Shown here: one piece after another, positions 57,615 to 64,000 of the stretch
Position numbering within the stretch: position 1 is the first letter of the stretch
Layout of the letters: the number at the start of each line of letters is the position of its first letter
Source of the DNA: Chitinophaga pinensis
Lineage (GTDB): Bacteria > Bacteroidota > Bacteroidia > NS11-12g > UBA9320
Assembly: GCA_945889315.1 (NCBI GenBank)
Contig: CAMDBP010000002.1
Span: 11,466-75,465 of the forward strand
Reading direction: 5' to 3'
DNA: 64,000 bases
Position numbers and translations under genes: made by a program
The notes under the pieces: generated by a model
Seen by the model: only the letters and a program-made list of their open reading frames with translations
Told to the model about the DNA's origin: nothing
The model's database searches: none

Positions 57615-58045
57615 TCGAACTTTCTATTATAAATACAAGTAATAATCCGCTACCTACCTATCAGACGAAACAAGCTGCCGGAGTAGATTTAATGGCTTTT
57701 ATTGAAGGCCCGATAGTTATAGAACCTATGGGTCGTGTTTTGGTAGGAACAGGATTATATATGGCTTTGCCCGAAGGATACGAAGCAATGATTCGTCCTC
57801 GAAGTGGAATGGCTTTCAAGCATGGTATTACCGTAATAAATACACCAGGAACCATAGATGCCGATTACCGTGGTGAAGTAAAAATAGCATTAATAAATCT
57901 GTCAAAAGAAGCATTTACCATACATAATGGAGATCGTATTGCTCAAATGGTAGTTAATAAATACGAACAAGTAGCGTTTAGAATTACCGTTAGCCTTGAT
58001 GAAACCGAAAGAGGATCTGGTGGCTACGGACATACAGGAATATAA
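57611..58045 (+). CDS. dut: dUTP diphosphatase
   Basis: 'AAGVDL', 'IRPRSG', 'GTIDADYRGE' and 'GDRIAQ' are the dUTPase motifs. Confidence 0.95.
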   Translation: MIELSIINTSNNPLPTYQTKQAAGVDLMAFIEGPIVIEPMGRVLVGTGLYMALPEGYEAMIRPRSGMAFKHGITVINTPGTIDADYRGEVKIALINLSKEAFTIHNGDRIAQMVVNKYEQVAFRITVSLDETERGSGGYGHTGI

Positions 58046-58062
58046 AAAGATAAAAATACAGC

Positions 58063-59079
58063 ATGAACATTATCATCCCAATGGCAGGTATAGGCAGTAG
58101 GCTAAGACCACACACACTTACTGTTCCAAAACCACTAGTACCCGTTGCAGGCAAGGCAATAGTGCAACGTCTAGTAGAAGACATTGCAAAAGTAGTAAAC
58201 GAACCACTTGAAGAAATTGCCTTTGTAATTGGGCCTAATGAACAATTCTTTGGTAAAGAGGTTCAAAAAAACCTGCTAGAAGTTGCTGCTAAACTAGGCG
58301 CTAAAGGCTCTATCAATATTCAGGAAGAAGCGCTAGGAACTGCACATGCTATTTATATGGCTAAGCAAGCACTTACCGGAAATGTAATTGTAGCTTTTGC
58401 CGATACGCTTTTTAGAGCAGACTTTGTGTTGGATGCAACAGTAGACGGCACTGTATGGGTAAAAGAAGTAGAAGATCCTCGTGCATTTGGCGTGGTACAA
58501 TTAAATGCTAATGGCATTATTGAAGACTTTGTGGAAAAGCCAGAAAATCCACAATCTAATTTGGCCATTATCGGTATTTATTACTTTAAAAATGGAGAAG
58601 CGCTAAGAGCAGAAATAGAATACCTGCTGGACAATAATATCACTGAAAAAGGTGAATATCAACTTACGAATGCCTTGGACACCCTGAAAAATAAAGGTGC
58701 TAAATTTACTCCTGGAAAAGTAATAGAATGGTGGGATTGCGGAAATAAAAACGCAACCGTTAATACAAACCAACGCGTTCTTGCAAATTCTACGGAGAAA
58801 TTAATTGCTGACTCAATGGTAAACAATGGATCTGAGATCATAGAACCATGTTTTATTGGCGAAAATGTAATTTTAATCAATAGTAAAATTGGACCTTATG
58901 TTTCGATAGGCAACAATACAGTCATAGAGAATAGCACTATAGACAACAGTATTATACAAACGTTTAGCACCATACGAAATGCTCAGCTAACCAACTCTAT
59001 GATTGGAAATAAGGCCGAGTATGATGGTACAGCAAATGAAATAAGCATAGGCGATTTCAGCACACGACGTATTGACTAA
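58063..59079 (+). CDS. Sugar-phosphate nucleotidyltransferase with a C-terminal left-handed beta-helix
   Basis: 'IIIPMAGIGSRLRPHTLTVPKPLVPVAGK' is the NTP-transferase signature. The C-terminus has hexapeptide-like repeats. Confidence 0.75.
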   Translation: MNIIIPMAGIGSRLRPHTLTVPKPLVPVAGKAIVQRLVEDIAKVVNEPLEEIAFVIGPNEQFFGKEVQKNLLEVAAKLGAKGSINIQEEALGTAHAIYMAKQALTGNVIVAFADTLFRADFVLDATVDGTVWVKEVEDPRAFGVVQLNANGIIEDFVEKPENPQSNLAIIGIYYFKNGEALRAEIEYLLDNNITEKGEYQLTNALDTLKNKGAKFTPGKVIEWWDCGNKNATVNTNQRVLANSTEKLIADSMVNNGSEIIEPCFIGENVILINSKIGPYVSIGNNTVIENSTIDNSIIQTFSTIRNAQLTNSMIGNKAEYDGTANEISIGDFSTRRID

Positions 59080-60745
59080 AACGTTACACATAGCTCTAGC
59101 TCTTTTCTTACTTGCAACCGTAGGTTGCAAATCCATTTCCTTTTCTAAACAAGCCTCCTCAGATAACGGTTACAAACAAAAAGTAGCTTTTGAAACTGCT
59201 TACTACGAAGCCAACAAGCAAAAGGTACTTAACAACAAAGAGAATGCGCTTAGACTATACCATGAAGCAATAGTACTTGACCCTAAAAGTCATGCTACGA
59301 TGTACCAGCTAGCCAAACTTTATCATGAGGCCAATAAATCGAACGAGGCTTTGTATTGGGCTGAGAAATGCGTTTCGCAAAGTCCTTACAATCATTGGTA
59401 TTCAGGACAATTGGGACAGTTTTACAGCAAGTACGGCAAATACGCCGAAAGCGCTACGGTATTTGCCCAAATGGTGAATTCGGAGCCCGATGAACAGCAA
59501 AACTACACCGAAGCTGCTGGACAGTATTTTAATGCAAAAAACTATAATCAATCGGTTGTTTACTTGAAAAAAATGCAAGAAAAGTTTGGAATTGAGCCCA
59601 AATCTTCTACCCGTTTGGAATATGTTTATTCAGCTATGGGAAAGTCAGCATTAGCTGTTTTGGAGATGGAAAAACTTGCTGAACATTTCCCGAATGACAT
59701 ACAATACAAAGGGTACTTATCGGAAGCATATCAAAATGCAGGAAAAACAGAAAAGGCCATTGAGACGTTAAACGATATTCTGCGAATAGATCCAACTAGC
59801 GGAAAAGCATATTACGCATTATCTAAACTATACAACGATATGCTGAATGAAAAGCTCGCTTTTGCAAACCTAAAAGAAGCCTTCAAGCACCAAGATCTCG
59901 ATTTGGTTCAAAAACTGCAAGCCATCAGCACCTACTTTTTAGTGATCAAAACAGACGCCTCTAAACTACAAGAAGCAACAGAACTGTCTGATATTCTATT
60001 AAATACTTATCCCAACGCGCCAGAACCACTTATCTTAAAGTCAGATATAGAAGGCACCATGGGCAACTTTTCCATCGCCCGCGATTACAACTTAAAAGCC
60101 CTTGAAAAAGACCCTAGTGATTATAAACTTTGGAGTAAGCTCATCAACATTGACGAACGCATGGGCAATACTGAATTTCAGCTTGAAGATGCTAAAAAAG
60201 CGCTTGAATTATTCCCCAATATGACACGACTGTACGTCCAAATTGCTTACGCTTTGATCAATGAGCAAGAATATTACCAAGCCATAAGTACTACAGAAGA
60301 AGGTTTAGAAATTGCATTAGATAAAAATGAAAAAATAGATCTATTACTCTGTCAATCATCGGCGTATCAGAAATTACATAATTACATAAAGTCTGACCAA
60401 ACTTTTGATAATATTCTGAGTATAAGCCCAAATAACGGCGTGGTACTAAATAATTACGCTTACAGTTTAGCCATTCGAAAAGAAAAGTTAACTAAAGCAG
60501 ACTCACTTATCGAAATTGCTTTAAAATTAGAACCTAAGAATCCATTTTTCTTGGATACCAAAGCTAGGATATTCTTCGTTAAAAAAGAGTACCAATCAGC
60601 ACTCAAATTATTAGACCAGTGTATGGAAGTAGATTCCACAAACCCGGAATACTATCGCCACGCAAAAGAAATATTTTTGGAAATGGGTAATCAAACTATG
60701 GCCAATGAAATGCAAGCTAAACTAGACCTTCTTAATGTCAAATAA
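59072..60745 (+). CDS. TPR-repeat lipoprotein
   Basis: TTG start, lipobox 'LATVGCKS', and multiple TPR-like 34-aa units. Confidence 0.7.
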   Translation: MTKTLHIALALFLLATVGCKSISFSKQASSDNGYKQKVAFETAYYEANKQKVLNNKENALRLYHEAIVLDPKSHATMYQLAKLYHEANKSNEALYWAEKCVSQSPYNHWYSGQLGQFYSKYGKYAESATVFAQMVNSEPDEQQNYTEAAGQYFNAKNYNQSVVYLKKMQEKFGIEPKSSTRLEYVYSAMGKSALAVLEMEKLAEHFPNDIQYKGYLSEAYQNAGKTEKAIETLNDILRIDPTSGKAYYALSKLYNDMLNEKLAFANLKEAFKHQDLDLVQKLQAISTYFLVIKTDASKLQEATELSDILLNTYPNAPEPLILKSDIEGTMGNFSIARDYNLKALEKDPSDYKLWSKLINIDERMGNTEFQLEDAKKALELFPNMTRLYVQIAYALINEQEYYQAISTTEEGLEIALDKNEKIDLLLCQSSAYQKLHNYIKSDQTFDNILSISPNNGVVLNNYAYSLAIRKEKLTKADSLIEIALKLEPKNPFFLDTKARIFFVKKEYQSALKLLDQCMEVDSTNPEYYRHAKEIFLEMGNQTMANEMQAKLDLLNVK

Positions 60746-61475
60746 TCTAACAACCCTATTAATACTTACCTTTTTTGGTATTACCTCTGGGTGCAAATCA
60801 GCCAAAATAGTAGCAGACACGATGCCTAATCAAACTGCTGAAAGCATTCAAAAATTTTGGGAAAATCAATATAACCAAAATTATTTTGAAGCTAGAGGTA
60901 AAGCTACGTTGGTAATGGATGGAAATAATACCAATTTAGCCTTGCACCTGAAAATGAAAAAAGACAGTTTACTTTGGGCTAAAGTGAGTATGTTTGGCAT
61001 AGGAGCAACCGTGCTTATTACAAAGGATAGTTTCTTTATGATTAATTCGTTGAATCAAGAATATATGGCATACGATAATAATTACCTTTATCAGTACCTA
61101 GGCTATAAAGCAACATTATCACAAGTTCAAAATCTTCTACTGGGCAATGCGGTATTTCAATCCGATAAATACCGTTATCAGTCGGAAGTCAAACAACTAA
61201 TCGGTACCGATGGCATTGCAATTAGTCGTCTTACCATAAATGAAAAAAACAGAACCCACCAATCTGTATTGACGACGCAAGACACTACTCAAAATGCTGT
61301 TATTCAATATGATGCATATCAAATTTTGAATAATACTCTTGTGCCCACCTTAGTAAACTTGGCTGTACAGCAGAAAACTCAAAATCTGAAAGTAGTACTT
61401 AACTTCCAAACCATAAGTGACAACACCGTAACCACTTTCCCTTTCAATATACCCAGTGGATACAGGCGAAAGTAG
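60735..61475 (+). CDS. DUF4292-like (LolB-like) lipoprotein
   Basis: Lipobox 'ITSGCKS', about 245 aa, following the TPR gene as in other flavobacterial genomes as I remember them. Confidence 0.55.
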   Translation: MSNNLTTLLILTFFGITSGCKSAKIVADTMPNQTAESIQKFWENQYNQNYFEARGKATLVMDGNNTNLALHLKMKKDSLLWAKVSMFGIGATVLITKDSFFMINSLNQEYMAYDNNYLYQYLGYKATLSQVQNLLLGNAVFQSDKYRYQSEVKQLIGTDGIAISRLTINEKNRTHQSVLTTQDTTQNAVIQYDAYQILNNTLVPTLVNLAVQQKTQNLKVVLNFQTISDNTVTTFPFNIPSGYRRK

Positions 61476-61572
61476 AAATCTAAGTTACTTGAATCATATT
61501 CAAAGGTTTTAATTCCTATGGTTTCATCCACACTATTTGATTTATACCAATAAAACCAAGATATTAGCAGCA

Positions 61573-62415
61573 ATGAAAGTAGGAATAATAGGCGCTGGAG
61601 TAATGGGTCGCGGTATAGCACAAGTATCTGCATCTGCAGGACATCAAGTAGTGCTTTTTGAAATTAACAATGACGTATTACAAACTGCAAAAGCAAGCAT
61701 CGCCGCTAATCTTTCAAAAGCGCTCGAGCTGGGTAAAATAAATGCAGAAAGCGTTGCTGCAACACATGCCAATTTACACTACTCCAACAGAATTACCGAT
61801 GTAAACGTAGATCTGATTATAGAGGCTATTGTCGAAAAATTGGAGGTAAAAGTGAGTGTCCTTTCCCAATTAGCAGAAATAAATGGACCTACTACTGTTT
61901 ATGCATCAAATACTTCATCTATTCCGCTAACACAAATTGCAGCTAACTTTGCGTATCCAACGCAAGTCGTTGGCATACACTACTTTAATCCTGCACATAT
62001 CATGAAATTAGTAGAGGTAATAAGTGCAGAACAAACCTCACCCGAAGTATTGAAAATTGCAAAAGACTACGTAACGAGTGTCCACAAAACCTGTATTGTT
62101 GCCAAGGATGCTCCCGGTTTTATCGTGAATAGAGTAGCCCGACATTTTTATGTAGAGGGTCTCAAACTAGCAGAAGAAAATGTAGCCAGCTACGAGGTAA
62201 TAGATGATCTGGTGCGTGCTAGTGGTTTTAAAATGGGTCCTTTTGAGCTGATGGATCTTATAGGTGTAGAAACTAATCTTTCTGTTACCCAATCTATGTA
62301 CGAGCTATTTAATTACGATCCTAAGTTTAGACCCAATCGAATTCAGCAAAAGATAGTACAAGCAGGATACTTTGGTAGAAAAACAGGAAAAGGATTTTAT
62401 ACCTACGAGAAATGA
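61573..62415 (+). CDS. 3-hydroxyacyl-CoA (3-hydroxybutyryl-CoA) dehydrogenase
   Basis: 'MKVGIIGAGVMGRGIAQ' Rossmann start at the ATG at 61573 (the track starts at 61537), plus 'NTSSIP' and 'HYFNPAHIMKLVEV'. Confidence 0.85.
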   Translation: MKVGIIGAGVMGRGIAQVSASAGHQVVLFEINNDVLQTAKASIAANLSKALELGKINAESVAATHANLHYSNRITDVNVDLIIEAIVEKLEVKVSVLSQLAEINGPTTVYASNTSSIPLTQIAANFAYPTQVVGIHYFNPAHIMKLVEVISAEQTSPEVLKIAKDYVTSVHKTCIVAKDAPGFIVNRVARHFYVEGLKLAEENVASYEVIDDLVRASGFKMGPFELMDLIGVETNLSVTQSMYELFNYDPKFRPNRIQQKIVQAGYFGRKTGKGFYTYEK

Positions 62416-62867
62416 AAAAAGTTCTCTTAGTTCTACTTCTATTCTCCTTTACCTTGCCATCTTGCAAAGATGAAAACCCGTATGCTGGAGATTGTTTTGT
62501 GCCAGATGCCTCCGTAAATAGTACCATAAACATGGAGTTACCCGAATACTATAATCTTCGTAACTTAGGAGAGTACATCGTTATCAATCAAGGCAACAAA
62601 GGAATCTATTTGATACATAACTACGATGATCTCTATTACGCAATAGAAAGGACATGTACCTATGAGTCTGAGCGAGAATGCTCGCAGATACAATTGAATC
62701 CTAAAACGCTCCAATTGCGTTGTGGTACCGAGTCAGATACTGGTTTTATATCGTGCTGCGCTTCTACATTTTTATTTAATGGCAGTGTACTTTCAGGTCC
62801 TGCTCGCTGTAACTTAAAAACATACAAAGTGAGCCAAAGCGGCAATTCTCTGTATATACGCAACTAA
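62412..62867 (+). CDS. Cys-rich lipoprotein with Rieske-like strand topology but no His ligands
   Basis: Lipobox 'FTLPSCKD' and 8 further Cys residues. 'YYAIERTCTYES...LRCGTES...FISCCASTFLFNGSVLSGPA' resembles a Rieske fold with the C-x-H/C-x-x-H positions altered. Confidence 0.5.
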   Translation: MKKVLLVLLLFSFTLPSCKDENPYAGDCFVPDASVNSTINMELPEYYNLRNLGEYIVINQGNKGIYLIHNYDDLYYAIERTCTYESERECSQIQLNPKTLQLRCGTESDTGFISCCASTFLFNGSVLSGPARCNLKTYKVSQSGNSLYIRN

Positions 62868-63028
62868 ACCGTTAGTGCTGTTTAAAATCTACGTTTTCCG
62901 AACGCCATGCGATCCCTTATGTCGCATTTATGCATAAAAAGGGCACTCCAATCAAAAATCACGAGAAACTATAATTTCGTGTAAATTATTTAAAATTTGT
63001 TCAGACCTGATCTAGAATTGTGCTCGTC

Positions 63029-63388
63029 ATGAAGCAACTAAAAAAGGAAAACCTTCACCTCATCGATCCAACAACACTTTTAGACATTCTATGTGAATGG
63101 AAGAATTATAAAGCGGAATTTATCGTTCAGATTATTGTTGAATTACAAGCTAGAGATTTCTATTCGCCACGCATTGCAGAGCACGCAAAACTGATTAAAA
63201 ACATAGATGCTATCTGTAAAGCACATCTGGTTACCCATTTGAATGACTTAATTCTACAATATCAAACATATACAGAGAACAATTTAGTTAGTACTGAAGG
63301 TATTTACAATGCTTCTGTGCAGCACAGCGAACTAATTGATGAATTTGGATTATGTTGGAATCTTGACCCGCAGGAAAACAACTTCTAA
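63029..63388 (+). CDS. Hypothetical protein
   Basis: 119-aa ORF from the ATG at 63029 (the track GTG is at 63020). No family recognised. Confidence 0.4.
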   Translation: MKQLKKENLHLIDPTTLLDILCEWKNYKAEFIVQIIVELQARDFYSPRIAEHAKLIKNIDAICKAHLVTHLNDLILQYQTYTENNLVSTEGIYNASVQHSELIDEFGLCWNLDPQENNF

Positions 63389-63485
63389 ACCACGTTCTAT
63401 CCACTTTGCAGCTCAGCATAAAATGCACGAAAATGCGAATTCCCGTATTTTTTTTACTAAAGAGGTAAAGTGTTTTTATCATTGA

Positions 63486-63701
63486 ATGAGATTATCAAAA
63501 ATCGTAATGAAAAAGCTTATTGTATTCATCAAAATGTGGACTCTGAGTCATTCCGACACTATCCGGAAGCTTGAATTCGTGCTCTATGTTCTGGCTTGCA
63601 TCATTATTTTGCTTTACCTCGCTTTTTATGTTTATCAGGGTTCTTGGCCATTCCGAGACAAAGCCACTAGCGCCGTTTCTATAATCGGGAATATGAACTA
63701 A
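63486..63701 (+). CDS. Hypothetical small membrane protein
   Basis: 71 aa with one clear TM segment, 'FVLYVLACIIILLYLAFYVY'. Coding status is uncertain. Confidence 0.3.
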   Translation: MRLSKIVMKKLIVFIKMWTLSHSDTIRKLEFVLYVLACIIILLYLAFYVYQGSWPFRDKATSAVSIIGNMN

Positions 63702-63877
63702 GGCCTATCTTTCACGTCCTTCCGCCTACTCATTTTAAGTTTTAAATCCTACTCAAGTGAGTAAGGTACATGCTTGTCTTTTTTTTACTCTAGATACGCA
63801 GTTTACGTATGTGATTTTAGTACCTGAATGTATATCACCTTACAATCTTCCAAACACCTGAAATCATAAAAAAGTAA

Positions 63878-64000
63878 TTACGCACTAAAGAGTAGTTCTA
63901 AGGTATTTAGCTTTATGTTTTTTATGCGTTTATCCTCCGCGTCTCTTTGCTCTATAAATATTACCTTAGGATCGGCATCAAAGCTTATTGCTAGTTTTTC
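63878..64000 (-). CDS. 3' end of a gene entering from the right edge (unknown function)
   Basis: The minus-strand frame is open from the window edge to the stop at 63878-63880: '...EKLAISFDADPKVIFIEQRDAEDKRIKNIKLNTLELLFSA*'. Confidence 0.4.
   Translation of the reverse strand, partial: EKLAISFDADPKVIFIEQRDAEDKRIKNIKLNTLELLFSA

Noticed and set aside
63733-63790. The short direct repeat 'CCTACTCA' (x2) and hairpin 'CCTACTCAAGTGAGTAAGG' followed at a distance by T8, as a terminator or ncRNA
   Set aside because: The stem is short with a bulge, and the T-run is 13 nt away. That is insufficient for a confident terminator or RNA gene call.
1-64000. Search for CRISPR arrays, IS elements or inverted-repeat termini, integrases, phage or defence genes, and rRNA/tRNA
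   Set aside because: None was recognised by eye in any frame or intergenic region. The only decayed element is the ABC relic. A computational scan (tRNAscan, Infernal, ISfinder, DefenseFinder) would be needed to exclude small or novel ones.

Overview
AT-rich, tightly packed chromosomal segment of a Bacteroidota (Flavobacteriia-type) genome. The assignment rests on gldA/gldF/gldG-like genes, several proteins with type IX secretion (T9SS) C-terminal sorting domains, a type III glutamine synthetase, a TonB-dependent receptor, a DUF2723 giant membrane protein, and exact TAnnTTTG '-7' promoter boxes in front of many genes in place of Shine-Dalgarno/-10 signals. I support about 58 protein-coding genes, mostly housekeeping: tyrS, polA, lpxH, prfA, glnA(III), purM-like, rlmN, hscA-like, rlmB, rimP-nusA-infB, fabH, corA, ndk, dut and a fused 2-oxoacid dehydrogenase E1. 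I could not recognise any rRNA, tRNA, CRISPR array, transposase, integrase or phage gene, so most of the window is ordinary core genome. The best candidate for something undescribed is an overlap-coupled light/UV operon at 45.5-49.6 kb. It encodes an SDR that appears to lack the catalytic Tyr, an unlisted DUF2256 zinc-ribbon ORF, Cry-DASH, an RNase H-fold DUF429/YqgF-like protein, and a PhrB/CryB-like photolyase that appears to lack most Fe-S ligand cysteines. Other points worth a second look:
- a T9SS cargo gene separated from its promoter, ATG and signal peptide by a 1-nt frameshift
- a terminator-like hairpin in the unusually long rimP-nusA-infB leader
- a perfect 14-bp-arm palindrome between nusA and infB
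- a decayed ABC-exporter relic next to an orphan RimB-like retropepsin
- an OmpA lipoprotein with a degenerate retropepsin-like tail
- an orphan hscA translationally coupled to an outer-membrane beta-barrel gene
All functional calls come from reading the translated ORFs and from motif memory. No database search was run.
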